A stretch of 64,000 bases of DNA from Eledone cirrhosa (Eukaryota), in NCBI GenBank assembly GCA_964016885.1, contig OZ024744.1:108066001-108130000 (forward strand), written 5' to 3'. Within the stretch, counting starts at the first letter, position 1. Each line of letters opens with the position of its first letter. Below are positions 41,301-54,086 of the stretch, piece by piece. A program made the position numbers and the translations under genes. The notes under the pieces were generated by a model. It saw only the letters and a program-made list of their open reading frames with translations. It ran no database searches and was not told the DNA's origin.

Positions 41301-43089
41301 GTCTGTGTTTGTTGTGAGTGCGGTATTTGTGGTTTCAGATGTTTGTGTGTATATTTGTTCTTGCGTCTGTTTAGGTTGTTTGCGTTTGGGGGATTCTGGT
41401 GATGGTGATGGTGGTGTTTATGTTGGTGTTGTTGGGGAGATGTTTGCGTGGGTGGTGTCTGCGCTTTTTATTGTGGGTGATTTTGTGCTTTGTTGAGTTT
41501 TTTTTTTCTTTTTGTGTTTCCTTTTTTGTATTTTGGGGGATTTTGGTTTTCCCTCATCTTCACTACTGGTAGATAAGGGATCTGTGTTTGTAAGTGTGTC
41601 TGTATGTATGTTTATGTTTTTATTGATGTGTGCATTGGGGGGGGGGGGGCTTGACAGCTTTCCTCGTTTCCCCCCTGGGTGGTCAATGTTGGTGGTGGTC
41701 TTTCTATTGGTGGTGTTGTTGGTGGTTTTTGCCGGTGTTGGTGTTGGTTGTGGTCCTCGCCCTGGCGTCGGCAGAAGTGGAGCCTTTCGACCCCTTGCCT
41801 CTTTCAGCAGTTGAGGGCAGAAGGCTCGCAAATGGGTTTTTTCCCCACAAACAAAACAAAGCGGCCTTTTGCCTTCGGTCATAATATGAATGACCGTCCC
41901 ATTCTGAAGGCGGATATGGTCTGGGATTGTCTTCACATTCTCGGGCCTGATCTGGAGATGTATCACCAGGTCAACCCCGGACCAATCCTCTCTGGCCGTT
42001 CTGGTCACTTCTATAGGGACTGTATCCGTCCCCTCCAGAATCACACATCCCAGAAGCCACCACGTGTCAAGTCCTGGTGGAATTCTAGGAATGCGGAGAC
42101 GGGCCGTTCTTTTTCCCATGTGGGAGGGGTACATTATGACCTTGCTGGTTTTACAAGGAGTCATAGCGTGTTTCATAGCGAGGGCTTCTGACTTGAACAA
42201 CACGGAAATGGTGCCGTACTGTCTGCCCCTCTCTATGTATTCGGTGTCTTCTCTGATGCACCTCAGCGCGACTTCGACATCTTCTTGTGGGATTAAAGCT
42301 GCCCTTTTGGTTTGTGCTGAGATGCATCTATAATGCACCGTTCTGCGCTCCACTGCCTCAATAGCTTCTACCGGGACAGTTAAGTTGGCCCAGGTTTGCT
42401 CTTGCTTGATGAGCTTCTATGCCTGGGCCAACTTTTCATCTTTGTTTGAGAGGTCCATGTTGAAGCATGGCTTCTTTTTTGCTGCTGCTGCAGCGAAAGT
42501 GTTCTTGTTTTCGTTGGGGGTGTTGTTGTTGCTGTCGTTGTTCTTGTTGGTGTTGTTGTTATCACTGTCGCTGTTATTATTGTTGTCTTTGTTGCCACCG
42601 TTGTTCTTTGGTGCAGTTGGTATTGTTGCTGTTGGTGTTGTCGCTATTTGTTTTCATGTTAGTGGTGTTGATATTGTTGTTGCATTTGTTATTATTTTTT
42701 TTGTTATCTGTATTTTCGTTGTCGCTGTTACTGTCATTTTTTTTCAAAATTAGAGTTCTCATTGGTATCATTGGTGTCTTTGTTTACATTGTTTGTGGTG
42801 GTGTTTGTGTTATCAATTTGTGTTAATTTCCCTGTAGCGCTCCTCTCAACTCCCACGTCGTTGTCGCACGACAGCAGACATATCGCTGTGGGGCGTGGCT
42901 CAGCCATGTTTTTTTTTCTCTGTAAAAAAATTTCAAATATTTGGACCAAAAGGCCCAAATATTATACTTTCCCCTTCACAGGGCAAAGTCTAAGGGCTTA
43001 CACAACAAGAACTATTTAACAACAAATAATTTGAACAGGCAAATAAAGCGACTTACTGGGAGCGAGCCAAAAAGACGTCCGAACAGACC
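38351..43089 (-). mobile_element. Second, diverged Tx1-type LINE (~4.7 kb) with an internal deletion of the RT domain
   Basis: ORF1 knuckle CFVCGEKTHLRAFC (41418-42353). APE starts at 40916. Linker RQHFARLFGG is joined directly to the post-RT KLSLRGRAEV at ~39690. (TAA)n on both sides. Confidence 0.88.
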
Positions 43090-43135
<46 letters not shown>

Positions 43136-43138
<3 letters not shown>

Positions 43139-43354
43139 TCTTTATTAACCACAAGGGTTTACATAAAGTAGACATTAAGGACACTACAGGACAATACAGG
43201 ACGGTTACAAATGAGCATTTCTGCGTGTAAAAAACAAAAACAGGGGATGTAACAAAAAAATAACAATGAAAAGTTCCCCAATAGGGGGGGGGGGGACTTC
43301 CGAGGGACATTTGTGGAGAAAGCCCATTAAAAGGCCACAGTGACCTTGACCACC
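43136..43354 (-). mobile_element. 3' UTR stub of a third Tx1 copy (same family as 32326-38332)
   Basis: Closely matches 32328-32552; adjoins (TAA)n at 43090-43135. Confidence 0.85.
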
Positions 43355-43475
43355 ATACTATAAAGTATGTCCAAAGAATCATTTGATAATATATATACAC
43401 CATTTCCTCTCTCACATCGTGAATGGTTGCAAAAACATATATCTGTGACTTTGTTTAGTTTGTGTATATGTAAAT

Positions 43476-43515
<40 letters not shown>

Positions 43516-43602
43516 AAGACGCAGGTCATGGCAGCGATAATGAGGGATAGAGACCGCTTGAGAGAACTCGCCCATGGATCTCGGGAATTTTACCCACCTT
43601 AG
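43516..43602 (+). mobile_element. Short 3' stub of the RTE-like LINE family also at 44211-44446 and 56432-57755
   Basis: ggcagcgataatgagggatagagaccgc..gggaattttacccaccttag, flanked by (TA)n. Confidence 0.75.
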
Positions 43603-43610
43603 TCATATAT

Positions 43611-43742
<132 letters not shown>

Positions 43743-43756
43743 AGTTGGCGGGACTA

Positions 43757-43801
<45 letters not shown>

Positions 43802-43865
43802 AAATTAAGATAAATCATATATACGATATATTAACAAATGGAAACTATATTTATAAAACCATATT

Positions 43866-43930
43866 TATTTCATTATACATATTTCAAGGACACCAAGTCA
43901 AATTATGGTGCGCTTTCATCAGATAAAATA
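43866..43930 (-). ncRNA. Type I hammerhead ribozyme in a Penelope-like AT-rich repeat (~43830-44190)
   Basis: UAUUUUAU-CUGAUGA-AAGCGCACCA..UGGUGUCCUU-GAAA-UAUGUA-UA^AUGAAAUA: 8-bp stem I, 9/10-bp stem II, quasi-palindromic stem III. Confidence 0.7.
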
Positions 43931-44210
43931 TAATATAGATCAGTTTTATAAATAAATATTGACATACCCTTAAAGAATGCGACCATTCCTGTTGGAAGCT
44001 CCCGGATAGTTGGATTATTAAATTTATTTAGTCTATTATGCTAATTAGTGTCGGATATGTTTAAATCATAGTAGATTTAAAATAGGCCGTTGGAGTTATT
44101 ACTCCAATTACTCCAATAATTTGTTGAGTGCTTTATATCAGTTATAAAAATATTTGCTTGTTGTATCCCAACAATTTAAATATAACTTCTACACATATAT
44201 ATATATATAT

Positions 44211-44446
44211 GGAGACTGAGGTTAGCTGGACATGCTCACCGACATCCAGAGTTGACATTGCACTCAGTGCTCCTTTGGGAGCCCCTACATGGACACACTA
44301 GAAGAGGAAGACCAAGGTTAACGTATGTTGATGCCCTAAAGACAGACACTGGTCTGTTGGAGATGCAGGATATGGCAGCGATAATGAGGGACAGAGACCG
44401 CTGGAGAGAACTCGTCCATGGATCTCGGGAATTTCACCCGCCTTAG
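44211..44446 (+). mobile_element. RTE-like LINE 3' fragment in (TA)n
   Basis: RLRLAGH..LLWEP.HG..RRGRPRLTYVD..DRDRWR. Confidence 0.8.
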
Positions 44447-44470
44447 GTATATATATATATATATATATAT

Positions 44471-44653
44471 AATTGTTTCTACTTTAGGCACAAGGCCAGC
44501 AATTACCCAGTGCGTTACTGGTACTTGATTTCATCGACCCCGTAAGGATGAAAGGCAAAGTCAACCTCGGCGGGATTTGAACTCAGATCGTAAAGGGACG
44601 TAACTATGCTGGAAAGCATGGCGTCCGACCCTCTACCGATACTGCCAATCCAC
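44471..44653 (-). mobile_element. tRNA-derived SINE
   Basis: Reverse complement of the SINE consensus. Confidence 0.87.
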
Positions 44654-44860
44654 TGTATGTATATATAGGTGGTTGATGCTTTCTTGACCACTATTTCAGT
44701 TTTGTATGGCGTCTTAACATATTGTTTAGCTCTGGTTTTTTAATTATGGAGCACTTGCCAGCATTATTTCTGATTTTTGTGTTTCGTTTCGCCTTTTCTA
44801 CCCGCCGAAATGCGATTCTCGCTAAATCTATATTTATATTAATCTCCCGTCTCTTACAAT

Positions 44861-45154
44861 GTGAGAGAGGAAGATAGAACAGGTATTAGAACGCATACTA
44901 AACAAAACACAATAAAATATATGGAAAATTGTTCAACTTACTCTCATTGTTACTCTGTTAAGAGTAACAATGAGAAAATAATAAGTTGGCGGGACATATA
45001 TATATATTTATATGTATATGTCCCGCCAACTTATTATTTTCTCATTGTTACTCTTAACAGAGTAACAATGAGAGTAAGTTGAACAATTTTCCATATATTT
45101 TATTGTGTTTTGTTTAGTATGCGTTCTAATACCTGTTCTATCTTCCTCTCTCAC
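44861..45154. repeat. Perfect inverted repeat, 140-bp arms with a 14-nt TA-rich spacer
   Basis: 44861-45000 is the reverse complement of 45015-45154. Each arm contains a nested hairpin tctcattgttactc..gagtaacaatgaga. Confidence 0.93.
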
Positions 45155-45669
45155 TCACCTATTGAATCGTACAAGTTGTGATATTGACCGGTTTACGCAC
45201 GTGGCTGGTTGAAATATCTAGAATTCGAATTCTAATCAGCGCACTAACTCTATATCACTGTCTAATTGCCAGGTGGCATTTAATGTCCAGAAAGGTTTTA
45301 GGCACTACCATTGCTACTGTCGCATTATTTCTCGCCATGGGACTTGGAGACTAGAGCCGAATGCTACCATTCTATTGTACAGCGATTGGAGACTGATTTT
45401 CTCTAATAATCGATTTTCCACTCGCTTCTTAATTTGTGTTTGAGATACGTTGGCTGAGAGCTTATGGCGGGAGTAGAACTATTTGAATTTCGTCTCCTGC
45501 CGTTACGTAAATTTCTGAACCAATGGCCAATCGGTGGATGGCATTGTGTTGACGCGTACGGATTTCAGCTGCTAATGTTTTACTGTGTTGGCCATCGAAT
45601 AAAGTCATAGCCGACACGGACTGGAATCGAATTCTGTCGATCGATTGCTTATTGATTAGGCGAAACGTG

Positions 45670-45772
45670 CTGATGAAGCCACATGCCCCGATTGTGCATT
45701 GTTGAATAATAAACGCAGAGAATGGATGTTGTGCACTCTATTGCTATACTAAGTGTGGCAGAAACTCGAGTT
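45670..45772 (+). ncRNA. Degenerate hammerhead-like motif with a long stem II insert
   Basis: CTGATGA-A-GCCACA...TGTGGC-A-GAAA-C(TCGA)G-TT with palindromic AACTCGAGTT. Stem I pairing is poor. Confidence 0.4.
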
Positions 45773-45904
45773 CGGATATAGATTGGAGGTACCCATTTAC
45801 GTGTGTTGTATTAAAGCGAATAACTGTGTGTCTACTCTGAGATTTTTACATAACTTTACCTATTGAGTACACTGAGATGCAACTGGTACTAGCAGGGAAA
45901 CACG

Positions 45905-45942
<38 letters not shown>

Positions 45943-45977
45943 AGAAGTTGACAGGACTCGCATAAGGTTCCCTGCTA

Positions 45978-46029
<52 letters not shown>

Positions 46030-46190
46030 ATAAAAAGAGAAATACACAAATACATGCGAATACATACATATACATGCATATGCACACATATATCCCTGAA
46101 TTTGTGTGGTGCCAATCTTAACCGTTGTTGCTCTATGATTAATAGGCACAAAATTATCTGAATGAATTAGATTGACTCAATATCAGAGCT

Positions 46191-46345
46191 ATATAATACA
46201 TTATAAAGAAAGAAGAAACATTAGACATAAATAAAAAAAATATAAATACCCAATATTCCCCCACAATCTCGACTGCGCAGTTTCGTGGCTACTATTTTGT
46301 TTTATTTATGTCTAATGTTTCTTCTTTCTTTATAATGTATTATAT
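46191..46345. repeat. Inverted repeat (~46-bp arms) enclosing the 3' half of a hammerhead on the minus strand
   Basis: 46191-46236 versus 46300-46345. Minus strand of the loop reads GCCAC-GAAA-C(TGCGCA)G-TC. Confidence 0.75.
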
Positions 46346-46615
46346 ATATGCAGACCCCGAGTTAAATCTGGGGGTAACCATAGTAAATAAGGTACTCAAT
46401 ACATTAGTAGAATGTAAACATCAATATCCTAAGGATTTCACACGACTGAAACAGTTCTAGTCCTGCAGAAGCCATTTCTATATTAAATATATATATAAAT
46501 AATACACACACACACACACACACGCACACACACGCACACACACGCACACACACACACGCACACACGCACGCACACACACACACACTCACACACACTCACA
46601 CACACACACATATAT

Positions 46616-46687
<72 letters not shown>

Positions 46688-46917
46688 GAATAATCGAGTA
46701 TCGAAAAATCGGCGCACGAGTTCACGATAAACAAAATTCGAAATGAGCGGCAGAGGGCTCAATAATTCAGATAAATCAGAGCTATAACTATCGTTAAAAT
46801 ACCGACACACATAGAACATGTCTAAAATCAACCATACGACCGAAAAATTACGATCTGGAAGATTCGGGACACTCAGATAAAATATCAATAAATCAATAAA
46901 TCAAATGAATGTAAAAA

Positions 46918-46960
<43 letters not shown>

Positions 46961-47971
46961 GTGTGTGTGTGTATGTGTGTGTGTGTGTGAATAAATAAAT
47001 ATAGATATTATTTATGTTTTCATACACGGAATGAAGGCGGTACACAAGATTTCAAGGCCACAATTCCAGAGTACAAAAGGGACCAGGTGCTTATACGAGT
47101 TCCTCTTGTATTCTGGAGGTATGGTTAATATTGAGCCCTGAAACCTTGGGTCTCGCTCTTGTTCTGTGTTTGAACATAAATAACATATATATTTCTGCTC
47201 TCTTACCGATTGAGCACTGTTTCCTTTTTCCCTTTTTCAACTCCTACGGACACACACACACACACACCCACACCCACACCCACACAACCACATACACACA
47301 CACACAACCACACACACGCATACATACAACCACACACACACACATATATATATATATAGTGAAGAATAAGTATACATATTCGGAAAATTTCCATTACAAA
47401 TGTTTGGACGACAGCAGATGTAATCTGGGATGCGTCAGGATGTTGAGTGCAGTGCTTACCCCAGGATACTTCGAGATTTACCATTTACAATACCCTATCT
47501 AGTCGTCTACCTGAATAGAATACCTTATATGATTATAATATAAGGTAAGATTTGGGATTTAACTGGAATCCGACTTCAGATCACCAAATAAAGTGTTCTG
47601 GCAGACCATCCGCCGACTTCATAATACGAAGCCCTTCTCCACACCTGCTATTAAGAACGTTACACGTTGTGACCACAGAGGCTGAGATCACAAGAACAGT
47701 TTTTGCGTTGGCATCCACTCCTGCGTCCACCTTCAACGGCGCCTTGCATGATGGTCTTGCACAAGCACGTGAATATATAGTTTCACACGAATGGCACGAA
47801 TGAACAAAATCCGTTATTTTGCTCTTCAGCTACCTGGGTGGGTAATGCAAGGTTCTTGTCATCGACTGGACAGCAGACAATCTGATCCCGTTAAACTATG
47901 ATCATGGCTGTTCCACTATGATGATTTCATCTTTTATTCAGCATAGTTCATCTAACACTACATTATTTAAA

Positions 47972-48162
47972 AGGGCGGTGGATTGGCAGTATCGGTAGAG
48001 GGTCGGACGCCATGCTTTCCAGCATAGTTACGTCCCTTTACGATCTGAGTTCAAATCCCGCCGAGGTTGACTTTGCCTTTCATCCTTACGGGGTCGATAA
48101 AATAAAGTACCAGTAACGCACTGGGTAATTGCTGGCCTTGTGCCTAAAGTAGAAACAATTAT
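47972..48162 (+). mobile_element. tRNA-derived SINE with TSD attatttaaaa
   Basis: Full consensus with A and B boxes; flanking direct repeat. Confidence 0.88.
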
Positions 48163-48849
48163 TTAAAATGTCTTTTTTTTTGTATAATGTGATTTTGTAT
48201 GTGATTTTGTTTATATCTGTAATATTACATTATTGCGTTATAGTTTCTTTATCTTTTAGACTCCCGGGTTTGGGACGAACACTTTTGTTTAAAGTAGAAA
48301 CTTTTGGACGAAGTTAACGAAGTTTATTGGGGGTTTGATTTGATTTGAGTGTTGGTGGGAGGAGAAGAGGAAGCGGGAGAAGGAAGTGAGGGAGAAGATG
48401 GGGAGGACATAGAAGAGGAGAGGGGGAAGGAGGAGAAACTGGGGAAGGAGGTGAGATAGAGAAAATATGGGTGAAGGGGAGATGGATAGGGGGAAATGAG
48501 TGATGGAGTAAGATAGGAGAGGGGTGATGAGGTGGGGTAAAGAGAAGGGTGAAGGAAAAGGTGTGTAAAAAGCGTGAAAACATGTATTGGTGGGTGTGGA
48601 AGATAACAAACAAATTTAGGGAAAGCAGTAATGGCGGTAATAGGGTGGGACAGTAATGTGTCAGAGGTTAAAGTTTGCTTATCAGCTAGGGTAGCTTAAT
48701 ACTTGTATATATATACAGACATTTATGTACTCATGTGTACTACACTTGTGAATATATATATATATATATAAAAATGTGTGTGTGTGTATGTGTGTGTGAG
48801 GTGGTATAATTTGTATGCATGTTGTACTTATATCCGCCGACTTTGTAAT

Positions 48850-49905
48850 AAGAAGCCCTCCCCCACACCTGCTATCAAGAAAGCGTCTGGAGTTCTTCTC
48901 TCTTCAGAGAGATGCATCTTCACGAGGTGGAGAGAATACTTTGCTGGTCTCCTAAACCCGATCACAACAGCACCTTCTGATGTACACAAGGTGCAACTGG
49001 GAACAGTGACTAATCTCTCAGAGACTGAGGTCACAAGAACAGTTAAAGAGCTCAAATGTGACAAGGCCGATGGGGAAGATGAAATCCAGCCCAAGATGTT
49101 AAAAGCCTTAAATAGAGAATGTATTCTCTGGTTGACTGGTGTGTGCTGGGTGGCCTGGATCCCTGGCGAGGCACCTAAGCAATGGCAATCGGGAGCGATA
49201 TTCCCAATTTTCAAAAAGGGAGACAAGAGAGATTGTTCCAATTACAGAGGGGTCTCCTTGTTAAGCCTCCCCAGTAAAGTCTATGTTAGGTGTCTGGCAA
49301 TGAGATATAAAGAGATTGTCGAGTCCAAGCTAGCTGATGAACAATGTGGATTTCGCCCCGGACGCAGCACAGCGACCAAATATTCACTCTGCGGCAGGTC
49401 TTTGAGAAATAGTGGGAGTACTGCCAAGAGGTATATTCTTACTTTGTAGACCTTGAGAAGGCATATGACCGCTTTCATTGAAACCTGGTGGGGAAGGTTC
49501 TGCAGGAGTATGGGGTCGATGATCAGTTTCTTGCTGCCTTGATGTCTCTATACGAATGCCCGAGTAACATTATTCGATAAAGTGCGTAGCTCGGAGATCA
49601 GAAAGTCACTCCAGGTAGAGCTGTTAGTTCTCTGAACTGAGTGATCACAGCTCTGATACTATGGGCATGTGGTTAGACTGTCTCAGGAAAGAATCACTGG
49701 ACAGATTTTACGGGCAAAACCAACAAGCAGGAGACCCAGGGGTAGATCCTGAGCAAGATGGTTGGATAACATCCATGAGGTTGGCTGGTCTCACTTGGGG
49801 ATTGAACTGGACCACCTGGAAATGGTTGCTTCTGACAGGACTTGCTGGTAGGAGTGTTTGAGGACTCTGCCCCACGGTCCCGGTCCTCTCAGGAATAAGT
49901 GGTCG
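48850..49905 (+). mobile_element. Degenerate, internally deleted RTE-clade LINE with (GAA)n tail followed by (CAA)n
   Basis: RWREYF..LLN, KADGEDEI, PIFKKGDKRDCSNYRGVSLLS, EQCGFRPGRS, FVDLEKAYD. Confidence 0.82.
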
Positions 49906-49964
49906 AAGAAGAAGAAGAAGAAGAAGAAGAAGAAGAAGAAGAAGAAGAAGAAGAAGAAGAAGAA

Positions 49965-50047
<83 letters not shown>

Positions 50048-50199
50048 GCAACAACAACTTAAATATCGCCTCAGATCAATACACATTAAAATGTAGAAAA
50101 ATAATATAAAAAATAAATGGATCCTTCGTCGGTTTGACCGAGGAGTATTTCAGTTGTTTTATCAATTGGATGTCTTCCTCGTTGATGGCATGTGTACCC

Positions 50200-50740
50200 A
50201 TTACCATAATTCTCAGGGAGATCCAGTGTGACATGGCTGGACCTTTGAATTACAGATACAGTCTATCTTATATTATAGTGTAAGTGGCTGAGTATTCCAC
50301 AGGCACGTGTACCGTTGCTGTAGTTCTCAGGGAGAAACGGGCTGAACACATTGTGTGACAACACTGGCCCTTTAACTTAAATGTGAAGTCTAGCTTGTAT
50401 TATAAGTGGCTGAGTATTCCGCAGACACATGTAACATAAATTCCAGGTAAAATCAGTTGACAAGACTTGACTTTTCAAATACAGATGTAATCCACATTGC
50501 AGTATGATGTATGTGGCCGGATATTCCACAAGCACGTGTGCTTTTAACATATTTCTCAGGGAGATTCAGTGTGACACAGTGTGTCAAGTTTGGTCCTGTA
50601 AATTACAGGTACAGCCCACCTTGTATTATAGTGTAAGTGGCTGAGTATTCCTTAGACATGTGTTTCCTAAACATAATTCTCGGAGATTTTGTGTGACAGA
50701 ATGTGACGAGGCTGACCGTTCGAATTACAGGTACAGCAGA
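50200..50740 (+). repeat. Degenerate ~110-120-bp tandem repeat, about 5 copies
   Basis: Recurring taagtggctgagtattcc..ttctcagggaga..gtgtgaca..aattacaggtacag. Confidence 0.7.
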
Positions 50741-51384
50741 CCATCTGACGGGCTTCCAAATAGTTTAGGTCTACCCTGTTTTACTCAGAAAATCTGGGTC
50801 AACTCATGGCTATGTTAAAATTCGTTTGTCCCAAATGTTGACAATGCGTTAAAATCCGGCAGCTGATGACTGCGAACGATACTTTAGACGCACTCGACCA
50901 TTAAAATGTAGACACCACCCACACACACATATACAAAGCTTATTCACACTCACATTCATACATGCTCACTGATATGTACATATGCTCACACGCGTGCATA
51001 TTCACTTACATAAAGACACGCAGATCTTAAAATATACACGCCTAAACAAACACATACATATTTGCAGCACACATGCAGAGAAACACTCAAATACCTGACG
51101 CACGTCCCACCACACACACTCACACACATATTAATACACACACTCACACACATATCCATTCACATATTTATTCATTGTCCACGGAAATGCCATTGCCCAT
51201 TTTTTCCGACGGGTGCAGCCGAAACACCACCCTGACGGAGGTGTAGAACCTGTCACCCTCTTCTCTTCCCTCTTTCTTTCTTCCTTTGTCTAGTAGTCCG
51301 TGCTCTTCCCATCCTTTTCCTCTCATTTATGGCATTTATAGTCCTTTCCAATGCTGCTTTCTTTTTCTGTATGTTTAACCAGTT

Positions 51385-52592
51385 TACGAGGGCATTGTCC
51401 CGGTGCAGGGGCCACAGAACAGACTTGAAGGTGCCTTGCGACGAATCTCTTTCAGAACTGCCTCAAAACTTCTACATAGTACTCTTTATTGACTGTCTGG
51501 CAATAGGGGACCCAGTGGAGGTAGATGATGCCCTTGCTGTCGAAGAATGGGATCATCATGAGCTTCCCAGTGGACCTGCTTTGTCTGGCCATCTTGGGTC
51601 TTGTGGGGGAGTCAGAATGTTTCCACTGTCCACTCTGTTTCTTGGTCTCTGGATCATAACAGTAGACCCAACTCTCGTCACAGGTTACCAGAGACCCAAG
51701 GACACTTAGATTCGAAGTGTTCCCCTCGACCGTCTTCCTGCTCTCATTAACACTCCTCTGCCTTTGATCTTTATTGAGCACCCCAGGAACAAACTTTGCG
51801 CATGTTGAGATCGTCATAAATGACTCGGTGCGCAGTGCCCTCGGTCACTTTAGTTTATCAATCATCAAAGGCGATGCATAACGGTCTTTGTCCATAAATT
51901 TGCGAATTTTGTCAACCAACTTTCGCATCCCGATGTCCCTCTGCCTGCCACACTTCATGTCATCCCCTCACCTGGCCTCCTGGAACCTCTTGTGCTAGCG
52001 GAAAACAGTTGTCCAGCTCATGAAAGTTAGTCTGTAAGCAGTTTTGACCATTTCATAGTTTTCTGCAGCGCTTTTGCCGAGCTTGACACAAAATCTTATT
52101 GCATATCAAGCTTCCAAATTGTCCTCATGTCCTGACTGAGGAACCAGTCATCAGCTGTGACAAGACATGTATGATGGGAAATGTTTAAAGTGCTGTAGAT
52201 GCCTGAACCTTCAACCCGGTAAAAAAAGATTTGTCATGTAACTTATTATAACCATATCAAGGACATATTAGAGTGACAGTTATGTAGGTCAATTAAAAGA
52301 TTTGTCATGTTAATTTATTATAACCATATCAAAGGTGACAGTTATGTAGGTTAATTAAAAGATTTGTCATGTTAATTTATTATAACCATATCAAAGGTGA
52401 CAGTTATGTAGGTTAATTAAAAGATTTGTCATGTTAATTTATTATAACCATATCAAAGGTGACAGTTATGTAGGTCAATTAAAAGATTTGTCATGTTAAT
52501 TTATTATAACCATATCAAAGGTGACAGTTATGTAGGTCAATTAAAAGCGCCTGAAAAGGAAAAGTCTCCAAACTTCTTAATTGTATCTCGTA
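51385..52592 (-). mobile_element. Mariner transposon relic
   Basis: LVTCDESWVYCYDPETKKQSGQW..GKLMMIPFFDSKGII..QTVNKEYY; HTH remnants near 52000-52130; terminus TACGAG at 52587-52592. Confidence 0.82.
52224..52546. repeat. 62-bp tandem repeat, 5 copies, inside the mariner subterminal region
   Basis: aaaagatttgtcatgttaatttattataaccatatcaaaggtgacagttatgtagg recurs at 52295, 52357, 52419 and 52481, plus a longer first copy. Confidence 0.9.
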
Positions 52593-52979
52593 TGTTTAAT
52601 AAAAGCTAATTATTCAAATATATGCAAAGGGATTATATAAAATACAAAGTCACATACATAACACAAACACATACACACAAACACATACATACGTATAATA
52701 GAGACATATAATACAACACATGCACATGATATAACACACACACATGCATATAACAAACACACGTAACATAGACGCACATATATGTAAGAAAAGCGTACGC
52801 CTACATATAACACAACAAAACATGTAACACACATATAATATAACATACATTATATAACACACAGACATATATACATATATAATATAACACACACATACAA
52901 ACATACGTACATGATATAACATAGACATATATATTCGCATATAATATAACAGACATATACAAACATACGTACATGATAT

Positions 52980-53028
<49 letters not shown>

Positions 53029-53067
53029 TATATTAATAAATGGAAACTATATTTATAAAACCATAAT

Positions 53068-53133
53068 TATTTTATTATATATATTTCAAGGGCAACCAAG
53101 GCAAATTATGGTGCGCTTTCATCAAATAAAATA
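53068..53133 (-). ncRNA. Second copy of the 43866 hammerhead with a C3>U core change (UUGAUGA), within Penelope-like repeat ~53030-53580
   Basis: Homologous to 43830-44190; stems retained. Confidence 0.55.
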
Positions 53134-53579
53134 TAGATTTGTTTTATAAATAAATATTGACATACCCGGAAAAAAGACAACCTTAACGGTTGAAGTTCCC
53201 CGGAGAGTGGAGATAATACTTTATTGAGGGTGATACAAAGTTATGAGTGAGTATGCATATGAGTGTCAGAAAAATTGAAAAAACAACGGTTTATTTAAAT
53301 TAAACTGTTGGAAGAAAGGATGTATATATAAAATGTAATATATGGTCAATCTTCCTTACATAACGTTTTCTATATCCAAACACCTATAAACTCATCCCTC
53401 AGATTATATCTATATATGATTCAAGAATTTAATATATTTCTAACCTTAATAACTTCCTAAATATATAAAATACATTTATTAAATTTTAATTTATTCCTTA
53501 AAACTTAGCTGTTGAGTGCTTTATATCAGTTATAACAATTTTTAAGCTTGTTGAATCCCAACAAATTAAATATAACCCC

Positions 53580-53646
<67 letters not shown>

Positions 53647-53837
53647 ACAGACATATATACAAACATACGTACATGATATAACACATACATATATATATAT
53701 AATATAACGCACACATACAAACATACGTACATGATATAACACTGACAAATATACATAATAATATAACACACATATACAAACATACGTACATAATATAACA
53801 CAGACATATATATACACATGATAGAACACATATACTC

Positions 53838-53879
<42 letters not shown>

Positions 53880-54086
53880 TACTAGTAATTATGATGTAAG
53901 GGAATTTTCTCTAAGTTAATGAAAGTTATTGAAACGGTTTTATTTTAATGTCTTCGTTGTTGCGTATAATAGAAATTTGATGTTCAAACCAGCGGAAGGC
54001 TGATACAACACGACTTCGTGTGAAATACACGTGACCGTACATATTCAATAAACATGGCGACGGCTTTACAATCATCATTGTTTTCG

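Noticed and set aside
47025-47160. GAAACCTTGGGTC as another hammerhead
   Set aside because: No intact upstream CUGANGA or stem II.
47972-48065. SINE heads as tRNA genes
   Set aside because: A and B boxes are present, but there is no complete cloverleaf and they are fused to the SINE body.
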